Positions 34,995 to 48,289 of a stretch of 64,000 bases of DNA are shown here, one piece after another (positions within the stretch are counted from its first letter, which is position 1; the number at the start of each line of letters is the position of its first letter). This DNA is from Lophium mytilinum. Taxonomy: Eukaryota. Both the position numbers and the translations under genes were made by a program. The stretch spans positions 868,001-932,000 of the forward strand of contig MU004183.1 of NCBI GenBank assembly GCA_010093605.1. The letters are read 5' to 3'. The notes below the pieces were generated by a model, which was given only the letters and a program-made list of their open reading frames with translations, had not been told where the DNA came from and did not search any database.

Positions 34995-36445
34995 TTACAC
35001 CCGCAGCAGCTTAGCAGCGTAGTCCGCTATCAGCGTTTCGGTCGGGAAAGCCATCTGTTCCAGCTTCTCCGCATATGGTGTGGGCACTTCGGCACCAGTA
35101 ACACGGACTGGTGGTGCCTCAAGGTAATCGAAAGCGTACTCGCATGTGAGCGCCATAATCTCAGCCGCTACGCCAAACGACGGGAAGCCAGACTCAACAG
35201 CCATCATGTGGCCCGTCTTCTTTACGGATTTGACAATAGTCTCGACGTCCAGGGGCTTGATTGACCGGAGGTTGATCACCTCTGCCTCGATGCCGTACTT
35301 CTTCTTCAGCTGCTCAGCCGCGACTAGGGACTGGCCAACACAGCGGGACAGGGTCACGATGGTGAGGTCCTTTCCAGGGCGCTCAATCTTGGCTTTGCCG
35401 AACTGCAGATCTGATTAGTATGTGGCGTCCCCCATAACTCTTCTGTATGGGTTTACGTACTGGAATGACAAAGTCGTCCCTCTGTGCCTCCTCGCTCATT
35501 GGGAATGAAAGACCGTATAGTAGCCTGTCAGACGTCAGCTCAGCTCTCCTGAAACTTGCTTCAGGTTCCATACTCGTTCTCCAAAACGACGACGGGGTTA
35601 GGATCCCGGATAGCAGCCTTGAGCAGCCCCTTAGCATCCTCCGCACTGTATGGCGAGACGACCTTCAACCCAGGTATGCTTCCGTACCACGCACTGTAGT
35701 CCTGGGAGTGCTGTGCAGCCACACCCGACGCGAAACCGTTGGGACCGCGGAATGTGATGTTGCAGGGCTGGATACCGCCGGACATGTAGTGGGTCTTTGC
35801 GGCAGAGTTGATGATCTGGTCAATGGCTTGCATGGCGAAGTTGAAGGTCATGAACTCGCACTGTTGATTCGTAAGTTGGTTTCCTGTGTATTATAAAGAC
35901 CAGAGACAACATACAATAGGGTGCAAGCCCGCAAGGGCAGCACCAACGGTCAGACCAGCGAATCCAGACTCAGTAATAGGGCTGTCAATGACCCTCTTCT
36001 CGCCGAAGCGGTCAAGGAGACCCTTCGTGACCTTGTATCTTGGAGGCCATTAGCGTCGATCTGCTAGGGTCGTGCTATTCACATGGAAATTGTTGACAAT
36101 GCATGGGCGGACTTGGCGGGAGGGTCCCAGAGTGCTAGAGGCCGCCATATAGCGGCGATCGACGCGCAATTGGGTCCCCCGGAGGTGTACTTACGCTCCG
36201 TTGTACTGCGCGACCTCCTCGCCCAAGACGAACACCTTGTCGTTCTGCTCCATCTCCTCGGCCATGGCCTCATTCAGCGCATCTCGCACCGTCATCTCCT
36301 TGACACCGCTGGCGGCGGCATAGTTCCGACTCCTGACAATCGAGGGTAATGAGGTCGCCGGGCGGAACGCAGGTCGCAGTGTTGGGGCCGATCGCGTGGC
36401 TGACAGCAGTCGGGCAGCAGGACGGAAGAGGCGGGCGGCAGACAT
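34995..36445 (-). CDS. PDB1: Pyruvate dehydrogenase E1 beta subunit
   Basis: Mitochondrial presequence, [62 protein letters not shown]; multi-exon. Confidence 0.97.
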
Positions 36446-37175
36446 AGCTACTACGCAGTTCGCGATGTCGAGGAGAAGGAGGACGACGACGGGGGAGATT
36501 GTCCGATGGGATTGAAGAGAGTGATGAGGGTCGGGTGTAGCTGGAGCGAGAGAGACGTCTTATTTCGGACATGTCGGGGAAGCCGCGATCAAAAATGTTG
36601 AGGTCCAAGCTCCCGGGCCTGATTGAATCGCCAAGACAGATTGCATCCCGTCTCAACCGTGGAAGCCCATCATATCTACCACGGGCGAAAGATAGGCCTT
36701 GTTTTGACCTCACTGACATGACAGCTTCTGGAGGGCATGGGCTATTGCTCCTGTTCCAATCATGCTTCATAGCTTTTACGACATTGAAAACCCAACCGTT
36801 GGAGATATGAGATCACAACTATCCCTCTCTCTAAACGTTATGCACTTAAGAATTGTAGTAGCTACGATATAAACTCGCTCTATCCAGCTTGAACAAGTGA
36901 CCCTTTCACAGTTCGCAAGCTCTTCTTTGTTCAATGCACGAGTCCGTTTGTGGTTGGCGAGTGCACGCCTACAAAGGAATTCAAATGTCCAGGCTGTACG
37001 CATACCTCATCGACGCCCACAATCCGACAATGTAAATATTAAACGCTTCCGCCGTTTGCATCATTTTTCTTTGAGCGTCTGCATTCTGGTCTTCCTTCTC
37101 TACTTCTACCACCTTGTCGTTCCGTCTCTCTTCCTACGGTATCCCGAGCCTCACAATCCCCATTCTCTCTCCACC

Positions 37176-38063
37176 ATGGCCCGAGAATCCCACAAAAACT
37201 TCCTCAACACCGGCTTCCGCAGCCGCGACACCAACAAGCTTCGCTTTACCTCCTCCACAAAAGGCGGTACCGCCACCCCCTCCGCCGTATCAGAAGACCC
37301 TCTCGACTTCCTCGACACCGAGCCCGCAGAGTTGGAGCCCCCGTCCTCCCCCTTCAACCTCGACCTCAACTCTTCGCGATGGATCACCTACGGCTGGATC
37401 CTCGTCACGGCCGTCTTCCTCATCAGCCTGTTATACAGCTACGGCCCCAGCATTCATAAACACCTCCCCCTCGTTACAATCCCCCTCGAGACCTGCGGCT
37501 ACCGCACGGACCACTTCTCATTCCTCGCCGACACGCCCGCCGAGATCCTGGGCTTCCGCAAGCAAGCCGTCAAGCTCTACGACATCGCCATTGCGTCTCA
37601 AGCTCCGAACATCACAGCCTCGTTCGACGAGTTCCGTGAGCTTATTGCCGCGCGCCACGCGGCGCTCGAGTCGTTCTGGTTCCCCGTCGCTTCACCGCCC
37701 AACACTCAGAGCGGCCTGGAAGATGCGCAAATAGAGTGGATTGTAGACCGGTTGGGGAAGGCGAAGACGGAGATGCTGAGCGACGTTGACGCGGTAGCCG
37801 ACAAGAGGGCGAAGTGGCACTTCAGACTCGCCTATGCGACGCCGCACCGGGACTTAAGTGAGAAAGACTTGGAATTTGCGGCGAAGCAGGGCATGTCGAG
37901 AGAATGGCTGGAGGGCGAATGGAAGAAGTTGGAGGTCCAGAGGGAAGGGCCGCGGCCAGTGGACTCGGACTTTGTGAGGAGGCAGAATGCGGCCGCCGGG
38001 GTGCCGACGGCGGCACCGGAGTTCAATCGTGAGGGGTTGAAGACGAAGCCGGTGGGGTTGTAA
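37176..38063 (+). CDS. Hypothetical single-TM protein
   Basis: ATG in CCACCATGG context; hydrophobic WITYGWILVTAVFLISLLY; coding-like codon bias. Confidence 0.65.
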   Translation: MARESHKNFLNTGFRSRDTNKLRFTSSTKGGTATPSAVSEDPLDFLDTEPAELEPPSSPFNLDLNSSRWITYGWILVTAVFLISLLYSYGPSIHKHLPLVTIPLETCGYRTDHFSFLADTPAEILGFRKQAVKLYDIAIASQAPNITASFDEFRELIAARHAALESFWFPVASPPNTQSGLEDAQIEWIVDRLGKAKTEMLSDVDAVADKRAKWHFRLAYATPHRDLSEKDLEFAAKQGMSREWLEGEWKKLEVQREGPRPVDSDFVRRQNAAAGVPTAAPEFNREGLKTKPVGL

Positions 38064-38544
38064 GCGAAGGGCGATGAGCATGGCGGCGGTAGGGGGCTAT
38101 CCCAGGCCGGTTGAATCAGGTAAATGTGTTTTGGGCGCTGGGGGTTTTGCTATTGTCTTAGGGTGTGCACTTGAAGCGTATGATCTGGTGCGAACCATTT
38201 AATAGGATACACATGGGAAGATAATCAACTTCTTAGACAAAGAACCCACCAATGTGACTCTCGTTCATTTTGTATCTCGTCACCCGATGTCTGATACGCT
38301 TCCCCTTTAGTGTTCACCAAGAACCCGATGCCGCTGTAATGCAAACCGCATCAATCTGGATTCCTTCGACGTCGAGTGAGTTTGGCCAGACCGCGTACCT
38401 TTACAACACGCTTACGTCGTGTTACCACCTATCCTGCGATAATGGAAGTGAAACTATATCGAATCCAACCGCACAGACCTTATTTAGTAGGCTTCGAGTA
38501 GCCATACGAGCACGTTCCGTGCCCAGCACACACCCTTCCTGGGT

Positions 38545-39540
38545 GTGAATGGGAGTGAAAGTAACGAATCGAACCGCGCTGGTTTCCATTTTATAGAGGC
38601 TGAGTAGGAATACAAGGGCTTTGTGTGCCACACTGCGTAACCTTCTGAGGGCTAAATGCGAGTAAAAGTAACAAATCGAACCGAAAGGTTTTCGCTTTTA
38701 CTAGACGCGGTGCTAGGGGATAAACACGCTGCGTGCCATACACCCCTGGTGTCTATTATCCAAGAATGTGAATAAAAGTTACAACTCGACCCGTAAGGGT
38801 TTTAGTTTGCTAGACCTTAGGTCAGGGGATAACACGCTGCGAGCTACACACCACGGGTGTCTGATATCTAACAATGTGAGTAGAAGTAACAGATCAAACC
38901 GCGAGGATTTCGGTTTAAGTGGGGCTAGGGGATACATACGCTGGGTATGTGCTATACACCACGGGTGCCCATTATCCAACAATGTAAGTAAAAGTGACAA
39001 ATCGAACTGTAATTATTTTGGGTTTACTAGACATTAGGATAGAGGATAAACACGCTGTGTGCAATATACTACAGGTGTACACTATCCAACAATGTAAGTA
39101 AAAGTAACAAATTGAACCGCGAAGATTTCGGGTTTTTAGACGTGGAGTTAGGGGATAAACATAACGCGTGCTACTTACCACGGGTGTCTATTATCCAATA
39201 ATGTAAGTACAAGTAATAAATCAAACTATAAAAATTTCTATTTTGCTAGGCATTAGATTAGGATATATACACGCTGTAGCCTATACACCACAGGTGCCTA
39301 TTATCTAACAACATGAGTAAAAGTAACATATTGAACCGCCAAGTTTTTAATTCTGCTGGACGTGGAGTTAGGGGTAAACACGCAGCGTACCACAGACCAC
39401 GGGTACCCATCAACCAACAATATGAGTGAAAGTAACGGATCGAACTGCAAAAGCCGTGATCTGTCAACCGCGCTGAGTATCACACACTATGGGTGCCCTT
39501 TCTACAATAATGTGAGTACATGTAACGAATCGAACCGCAA
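38545..39540. repeat. Tandem satellite, ~10 copies of ~109 bp
   Basis: GTAAC-type anchor (AAGTAACAAATCGAACCGC) at 38561, 38668, 38778, 38886, 38994, 39104, 39213, 39323, 39432, 39522. Confidence 0.92.
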
Positions 39541-40253
39541 AATCCGCGGTCGCGTACCGGAACAAGTATACTGCGCCCCTCCCTCACAAGCTAGCTACAC
39601 TTCCTCCATCAACGTGACCCTGGGCAACGCACCAAACGCTGTCGAGCTGGAGTGGTAGCCGGCTTGTAAGTGATAACAGTGGTACTACAACAAGCCGTCA
39701 CATGAAAGAGGGAGTAAAAAATATCAAGACCCAAAAAGCAACGAACCGCGTTCCATTTTTAGTTATCACAAATGCCTGACTTTCCCAATCAGCAGCAGCA
39801 CACACACACAGACATCAACAATATCGCGCCACACCGCTCCAGTCCGATCCGAGCCATTCCAAGCAGAAACCCACAACCAAAACCAATACCACACCGCTAT
39901 CCGCTCCATGCGCAGATATGAGCCAGGAGACTCCATTACATTCCGCCCAAAATCGATTCAGTTGTCCAACCAAGCGAGCATCGTCGCAACCGAAAACAAT
40001 AACAAAAATGTCAAAAGATGAAAAAGGCAAAGACGAGAGCCGGATCCGACCCAAGCTTTAAAAAAGTCTCAGATGAACTTCCAGCTCATCAAAAAATCCA
40101 ATGGCAATACAATTCTTTTTTTGAACGCGGTGAGATGTGACAGAGTGCTAAAGCACAGTCGGGACAGTACGAAAAGTTGAAAACGAGCAAATTTAAGATG
40201 CAAGATTTATCATATAAGTACAGCCTCTAACTTTGAAATGACGAGGGTAGGCG

Positions 40254-42221
40254 TCATTGTATTCGCTTCCGCTTCCTGGCATCGGGGTCTTGCTCGTCCT
40301 CGTCGGCTCTCTCGGCAGTCTCAGCGGGGTTCAGCAAGGAGTGGACGTTGCTGGCCATACTCGAGCGTCGTGTTGGCGGGCCAGAAGCATCGATGCCTTT
40401 AAAGGGATATGCCCGCCCAGGAAGCGACCAGCCGCTCTCCGCGCTAAGGTTAGACGGCCCTGCGTCGTTCCCGAGCGGAGGGGTTGCTTGGCGAGAACCT
40501 TGCGGGCGAGGGTTGCGGGGCAGTTCGTACTGTGCTAGGGCATCCCGGATCTGCTGGTCGCCACCACTGATAGGGGTCCGGTGAGGCGATGAGGGCCATT
40601 GGGATGAGTTTTGACCGGAGGCATAGGGTGAGTGAGCTGGTGGTGGCGGAGGTGCTTGCCAGCCATGTAATCGGATGTCGGCTGATGTGTGTCGCCTGTA
40701 CAGACTGTAGGGTGGAGATGAAGAGCTGGATGAAGCTGGATGCTGGATCGTTGGCGGTGGTGGCGGCGGCGGTTGGTGCACTGGGGTTCTTGCGGACGAT
40801 GGGGAATATGTGCCTGTCCCTATCGACCCATAGCGGCGGGGTGATATGGCCAAGTGTGCGGGTACGGGAGGCCTGTAAGGTGCTTGTCGAGAATTGGCAG
40901 CAAGTGATGCTCTTCGGTGATCGTCTTGAGGCATTTGGCGCGGAGAAAGCGGGGGCGCATTATCAATTTGCATAAAATAAGGTTGCCGTGCCGAGAGTGG
41001 CTCTGCGGGTTCCTCGATTGTACGGAGCATTTCTGATTGTCTTGCAATCTCTCGTTGCATTATCGATACTATAATCATGAGAAAGGCGTATAAAATATTA
41101 GGGAGAAGGCACGTACCATCTTTGTGAATTTGATTTTCCGGGTCTTGCACCATTGCCATAATGTAGTTCGTGAGTTCATGATTCCACTGCGCATCATCAG
41201 TACGGTATTCTGTTGGTAATTTGAGTGGTGGACCTACCTGGTGACATTTCACTAAACCCTCCATGACGACCTGGTACTTCTGGTTGAGATATGCATAGCT
41301 GTCTTCGGCGCGGTTCATTCGATTAGTCATTTCGTAATATCCATGCTCAAGCATACCCAGCCTTGACTCGACTGGGTCAGGCATGGGCTCCACCGGTACC
41401 CCGGCGGGTGGGCCCGTAGGAACCTTAGGACCTGCGGAAAAAGAATCTCGGTGAATAAGAGCATGTCTCGAGGCGCGTCGCTTGATCTCCCGCAATCCGA
41501 CTAGATCTCCTCGTTTGAAGCTTCCGTTTCCGTGCTTGAATTCCCAGAGTGGCGAGTCTGGCGAGCCGGTATGGAAGACATCGCTCACTAGATCATGGTC
41601 AGAAAATATTTGTGATCGTAGACTGCATTCTTACCTTTATGGAATCCATACATATTCAGCTGGCGAACAAAAGAAGAAATGTTGGTGTGTTTAAAATATG
41701 ATCTACAGAATGAGGTTAGGATAGAGCAAACTGGAGATTAATGATCAACATACGATAAGACTTTTGAAAATTCGCTGGAAGGTGACATGACAAAACTCTC
41801 GTTAGTATTCGACCATGAGATCAGATGCTGAATAGTCTGGTCCTCAAGCATGCTGCGACAACGTTAGCGGATTTTTGACCGGGGGGTTTCGCTAGACTGA
41901 CTTGTATAGCTTGTGGATGAATGCAGTTTGGACAACCTTCGGCTGCTGAGCTGCAGCGGCAGCGCCAATCGCCGTGGCAGCGTTCCCATTCGTCGCGCTT
42001 TCGACGTCTCCGTTTGTGCCGTTGCGCTCGCCAACCGGGCTGCTGAGAATCGGGGGTCCCATGGTCGGCATCGAAGGCGTCACGTCCATGGGGTCCCGTG
42101 GGGGTGTGAGGGACGAAGCACCCGAAGACGACGGTAGGATGGGAATCGACTTGTGCATGCCTTGGATGTGAGGATCTGCCGAGAAAGGACTGCGCCGGAT
42201 GGAATCGGCGGTAGAGGCCAT
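40254..42221 (-). CDS. SFL1: HSF-type transcription factor, Sfl1-like
   Basis: Spliced QTAFIHKLYNMLED..YFKHTNISSFVRQLNMYGFHKVSDVFH..WEFKHGNGSFKRGD HSF DNA-binding domain; RRSSMASNVHSLLNP tail. Confidence 0.85.
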
Positions 42222-43263
42222 GTTCTTGGATAAAAATGATGCGTTAAGCCAAATGCGCCCGCAGGTCGCCGTGTCGTCGGCCGTGGGTTCTGAGGGATGC
42301 GCTCAGAAGAAGCGAGGAATTCTGCCAGCTGTATCCAGTGCCAGTTCCGATCCGCAGTGTTCCAATATGCAGTGGTGCGGCCCTAGTAGGCTCTGGCAGG
42401 CCAAAGAATGATGCTCAATGATAGGATGTATCGCGCGTTATAGCATAGCAGGGAGGCAGGGTTGGTGGTGGACAGCGAAGTCGCAGGACGATTGACCGGA
42501 GCATTCGAGACGTCCGAAGGCGATAGTAGGCGAAAGAATACTGGTGCGGGGACTCGAGGTGAGGGTGGACAGCGCTCGGGCTAGGGGTATGGCGGTGGTT
42601 TGGGAAGGTGGAGGAGCTCCCGCCCTTTGTCGGCTGATGATAGGGAGGTGGTCGTGCGCTCCCGATAGAGCTGCCCGCAGCTGGCGCAAGCTCGACGCGG
42701 CAAGCTGGAGAACAGTGGGATAAGAATGTAGACGGGCAGCGCAGCAGAGTGGACGAGCGGGAGATGCTGCGGTGAAGGCTTGGCAGCGAGGCGTTGGAGT
42801 TTGATAGATGGAGCAAGTGAACCACGGCGGCGGAAGTGTTTGCGGCGCAAGCACGGGCCGGCGACGTGGAGACAGGTCAGTCAATTGGGCGTGCGGAGAC
42901 GGTTTGTGCATGTGGCCTCGTGTTGCGCAATGCGACTGCAGCTACAGGCCGATCATCTGGAGCAGTGCAGTGGAGGAAGGGCATGCAGTCTGCATCAGGT
43001 TGTGTATAGGCATAGCGAAGAGTGCAAGTATCGTAGAAGTACAGAATTGGAAGAAAGATCATCCCAACGGCCAGGGCGGCAGGGTGCCCGCCGCCGCCGG
43101 AGGAGCTCAACCGTCTGGCCTTCTCCCGATCACTCCGCTCCAGACCCCTACAACACGGCTCCATCCGAAACCGTTCGGCGCCGTGCTCAACACCACCCGC
43201 TCGTCGAACGCCAGATCAGCGCCTGTGGTTGGTGCTAACGGCGACCTCTCTGATACGGCGATA

Positions 43264-43599
43264 CAGTAAAACCTCGGTATAGTGTTTCCGGTGGATAGTG
43301 ATATACTCTATAGAGTGATAAATTTCGACTAACCGTGGAAATTTATATGGGTATAGTAATATTGTTGGTTACTATGGTATCACTAGTACCCTCTCACCAA
43401 AATCATACTAACCAGGGGGATTTTTGTATGGGCGTGTGGTGCGTGGCACCTCCAACCACCCTCAAGACCCCTTAATCTCGCTCTTTTGGGGGCTAATGGC
43501 TTACAAATCATCCACACGTGACTTTTGTTACAGTAATACTCTCTGTATAGTGATACGAAACCTCGCAAAAAACCGTATCACTATACCGAGGTTTTACTG
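43264..43599. mobile_element. Tc1/mariner-type MITE, 336 bp
   Basis: Perfect 21-bp TIR CAGTAAAACCTCGGTATAGTG, TA on both sides, internal ATAGTG/AGTGAT repeats. Confidence 0.92.
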
Positions 43600-43740
43600 T
43601 ATCTCTGATTTTCTCAGGCACAACTCATATCTACCTAATCTTCACAATTCTCAACCATCCAATTCTTAGGCCTGTTGAATAGCTGATTGTCTTCAGAGCC
43701 CAGCTTCCGGCTCATAACCACAACAGCAGGGTGCCCCAGT

Positions 43741-45490
43741 ATGGACAACCCCTTAAACGTAGCCCACGCGTTCCGGCAGCTTCCCTCGTCTACTGCACGT
43801 GCAGTCGCTCTCGATGCTTTGATCAATGAGCTCAACCACACTGAATGGCGACAAATGCTTGCAAGACTAGGTGGCGAAACGTTCTGGTTCGATATCGTAG
43901 GCTCCCTACCAGTGGAGATCGTCATTCAAGTATTCAGCTACCTTGATATCTCGACACCCTTTCAACTGCAGCGGGTAGGCACAATGATCAGCAATGTGCT
44001 CACTGTCTAACCTTCTAACACTTAGTCTAGGTTTCTAGGCGCTGGCAGACGGTCTTAAGCAGTCCTGATGTTCTAAGAGGCCTGATATGTCTGTTAGGCT
44101 ACGATAGCGGCCTTCCAGCTGGGCTTCGGCTTCCCGGGCAATCACCTGACGTCGACCAGGACTACCTGCATTGCAGGAAGACTGCAGAGTACGTACATCG
44201 TTTCCAAGCAGGAGTTCTTGCGAGGTCAATTATGATAGACCTTCCTCCGGGGGCCGCTTGCTCTGTTACCTACAGTTCCTTCGAGGACACAATTGCGTGG
44301 CCTAAACATGACGCCTGCGCCGTCACTGTGTTGAATCTAAGATCCGGTAAATTATTATCTTTCACAGGCGAAGCACGGGAGACAATCACAGAGATCGCGT
44401 TGAGTGACCAACTTGTTGTGTTCTTCACGTTCACGGGAGTTTGGTACGCTGGCGATATCGTTACCGGCCAACGAAAGTCTTTTAGATTGCCATCTGCGCA
44501 TATACCAGTCTTCTCCTGCCGTGGAAGAACTATTGCGGGCGTTATGAGATATGAGAATGGTTATGATGAGCATGTCGCTTATATCTGGGACTTCGACACG
44601 CAGAAATGCAGAACTTTCGATTTGCGCACTCCACGTCACAGTAGCTCAGAACCAGATCCTACTGGTGAAGCCATCGCGTGAGTCAAATCTATACATTCGC
44701 CTTACACGACGGCGTAATTCTGGCTCACCGTGTCTATAACTTTTCTATATCTCGGTTACTAATAATGTGTTGCTAGTGTAAGCCCTCCTTTAGCAATGCT
44801 AGTTGACCCTACCTCGGAGAGCGTCTTGATATGTTCAAGATTGGCTTCAAGAAGCGATTCGCTTTGCTCAGATGCACTTCTCTACCACCGGTACAGTTAC
44901 ACTGGCGTCCTGATACGAAGTGGATCAATGAACGACATACCAAAGATGTCCCCACCAGTATATTTCAAGCCGGTTGATCGACGAGGCCGCTTTAAGCTCT
45001 ATTTTCGAACGAAGACGTTAGCGGAAAGTCAAGCCGACCCCGGAGAATACTGCCTGACTTACGACGAATCGGAGGACCACTTTGGCCATCCTAACACCCG
45101 GTCGATTGGTTATAGACGAGATGCGTGGTGGCTCGGCGCTCATTATCGGATCGATTATGCGCATCGTGTGCCTGTGCCAGAGCCAAGTCTAGGATGTGTA
45201 TTGAACAGGTATGTGTGTCAATTTCGATACAGTGATTTCAAACTCAACTTTCCATAAAGATATTTTTTGACTGATCTGTACGAAGCATGGCATTTCGATG
45301 CCTCCACGAGCTTAGGTACAACGAATACGAGTGGTTCCAGGAGCACGATCCGCTTCAATTGAACGATAGCTTTCTTGCTTTGACCGGCCGGCGGTTCATT
45401 CGTATTTGGGCATTCGACAAGGACTTCAGTTTCGAAGACATTCCTCCTTTCGATAGGGTCTCAACCTTGGAAGGTGTTACTTTCTTCTGA
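43741..45490 (+). CDS. F-box protein with probable beta-propeller-like C-terminus
   Basis: DIVGSLPVEIVIQVFSYLD..QRVSRRW; exons 43741-43974, 44031-44677, 44777-45208, 45286-45490 splice in frame. Confidence 0.82.
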
Positions 45491-45703
45491 CCTCTGACCT
45501 AAATTTTCGACCACTTATTCAGAACACAGAACCCACCACTCTCAAGTTGTCTCATCTTCGAAACACACAAAAAGCATTACTTATTGAACTCACTCAACAG
45601 CTTCTTGTAGCCCATATTGCGATGCGCATGAAACATGGCATCCTGTTTCGCTTAGTGCTCAAAAAACGAAGCCCTTCATAAAGTAGATACTCTAGCAAGA
45701 CTA

Positions 45704-45908
45704 CCGTATTCTCTGAGATTATACAAAAGCCACGCTTGGCAGCGCTATCTTAACCTTACTCGTTGAGCGAATCATGTCACGCCTATCAAGCTGATTTGTG
45801 GGCCTGTCGGCGCCCATCGGCGTGTGACAGCTCGATTTCCCGATAAACTATACGCTTATAGGCTTAGGGGTGCCAAGCGTGGCTTTTGTATATTCTCAAA
45901 GAATACGG
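45704..45908. mobile_element. Tc1/mariner-type MITE, 205 bp
   Basis: ~38-bp TIR CCGTATTCTCTGAGATTATACAAAAGCCACGCTTGGCA (2 mismatches), TA on both sides. Confidence 0.9.
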
Positions 45909-46211
45909 TATCCAGTAACATACGCCAACACTTAGGATCACCGCCCCAGTCGCGCTCGGTGATACTACTTAGCCGTTATCGCGGATAAATCCCTGAGTTA
46001 AGATTGACTCGATTTGTGTGGTCGGCGCGGCATGTTTTTCCGGGCCGCATCTAGTCCCAATGCGCACTAGCAGATCGCGGGGTGAGTCGATTTTTTGGCA
46101 GGTAGGATCTTAAACATCCAGCGGAGCCTCGAGGTGACTCTGCGCAAGCAAACCTCGAGTATCCAACCCTCCATTCCTATCTGCCCTCTACAGACGACCA
46201 TCGCAAATACC

Positions 46212-47215
46212 ATGGTCGAAAAAGTCTACGTCTCTTACAACCAGGTACGCCTCTGCTCAAACAAACCTTACATACCCCACACTGCGTCTGGCGTACCTGG
46301 CTGCAGCTTGGGCCCTGCGACTCCCCGAAGTCCTATCCCTGGGCTGAATATATGCACTTATTGCCCTGCCTTCGCCTTTGCTCCGCTGGCGATTGTGGCT
46401 GCTTCCGGCACCCAGCAGCCAGACGCATTCCAGCCAGCATGCCTATCTACTCCCAATCACCCCGCGCCGGGGCCCTGGTCAAGAATTCTGCTAAACACCT
46501 TCCGCGCAGGTCCACAAGCTCTGCCAGGCATCGGCAGAGCGGATCCTCGATGATTTCCATCCGAACCTCATGATCGCCATTGGCGGCGGCGGCTACGTGC
46601 CCGCGCGCATTTTGCGGTACGTACATTTCTTACGGCCTCGACATCCGCGCCCCAGAATGAACCCCCAGCTAATTTCACATGCGCACCTTAGATCGTTCCT
46701 TAAGAGGCCCGGCAGCCCCAACATCCCCATCCAAGCCATCGGGCTCTCCCTCTACGAGTCCCTCGGCACCGACGAGGTCGAGGAGCCTGGTACCAAGGTC
46801 ACACGGACGCAGTGGCTCGACCTCAGCAGCCTCGAGATGGCGAACTTGATCGGCAAGAATGTTCTGATCGTGGACGAGGTGGACGACACCCGGACGACAC
46901 TGGAGTATGCGGTGCGCGAGCTGCAGAAGGATGTGGATGTGGCAGCTAGCAAGCTCGGAAGGCTGAGCGAGAAGACGAACTTCACCATCTTCGTGCTGCA
47001 TAACAAGGACAAGCCGAAAAAGGGACATCTGCCTACTGACATCATTGGCGAGGGGAAGTATCTGGCGGCGCAGACGGTCGGGGATGTGTGGATCAATTAT
47101 CCCTGGGAGGCTACGTATGTGCAGACTTTCTGATATTGGCTTTGTGAGATAGACGGACTAATACTATGACAGGGACATCGACGAGCATGACCGTTTGGCT
47201 AATGCGCAAAAGTAG
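46212..47215 (+). CDS. XPT1: Xanthine/hypoxanthine-guanine phosphoribosyltransferase
   Basis: Exons 46212-46244, 46510-46616, 46692-47114, 47173-47215; IAIGGGGYVPARILR, VLIVDEVDDTRTTL, WINYPWE. Confidence 0.93.
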
Positions 47216-48289
47216 ACTAGAGGCCGGGGTGAGTAGACGTGGGGTGAGTAGATGGAGATCAGTCGGCAGATAGACTTCCTAACCTACAAAGTACATCATC
47301 ATGGCGTTACAGTTGGAAAGCTGTCTTTGAGATATACAGTTGCATACAGGGGGTGAACAACACCTCTCGTATCGAAAATGTCGATCGAGCCTTGTGAGTA
47401 AACTCTCCAAAGCATACACTAGATCTGTAGACGCGCTGCGCCGAGTTCAAGGTGGGTCAGTGGAGTGAGGGTGTCTTTACTCTTCCCATGCGCATCGGCC
47501 CTTCAGCACTGGGTCTAAATTCTACATGTCTAGTATATAATGTATAAATCTGTAGCCTAAGTATGCTCTCTTACCTCATAACTCCGTCTAGACCGTCGGC
47601 AACTGCTCTTTGTACCGAGGACTCCAGTACGCAGAGCCTCCGAAGGGTGGCCTTCTCGTTTAGTAGGTAGATTGTGTTGAAATGCGGAAACCCATATTCT
47701 CTCTTAAGAGGAGGGTGTATCTTCTGACATAGGCTACAGATGGTTTTGTCTGAAACAGCTTGTCTCATCCGATACTGTTTAGGGGCTTACAGTCCAACAT
47801 TACGTATAGTCTAACTAGATACGATGGGCATAAAAAAAGGTGCCACTCTTAGCAGCCATTATCTCTCGGGTGGTGCACCTGTCTATCACTGCTTGAAGTC
47901 CTCCAACGAGTTTCCGCATAGCCTAAAGCTAAGAGTTATTATCTCATTTCTATTCTTGAATTCACATTGAAGCACCTCGAACAGCGGTAGAGAGGTGAAA
48001 GAAAGGCAGAATGTGTGCTGAGTGTGCCAGCTTCTTCTCTATGCCTGGCGTGCTAGCTACGGAGGTGGTGGTCTACGGTTCACCGCGGGACCATTCAGGC
48101 GGCTTAGCTGACTAAGCTTGTCTCCTGCCTAAACAGCCCACACCATTAAATTCATTACACACTCACACTACACCTGTTCAACACCGCTTGATTTCCTCCG
48201 GCAGGGCAACAACAGAAGTAAATCGACGATTTCAACAAGGCTAGTGGCTCCCCGAGCCAACTCAGAAGGTGTTGATCACCACCAACACC

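Noticed and set aside
38545..39540. Satellite read as a CRISPR-like array or as repeated 63-nt exons (VELGDKHAACYTPRVSIIQQ) with ~46-nt introns
   Set aside because: Whole units are homologous (no unique spacers); no good branch point near the AG, and indels fall inside the would-be exons
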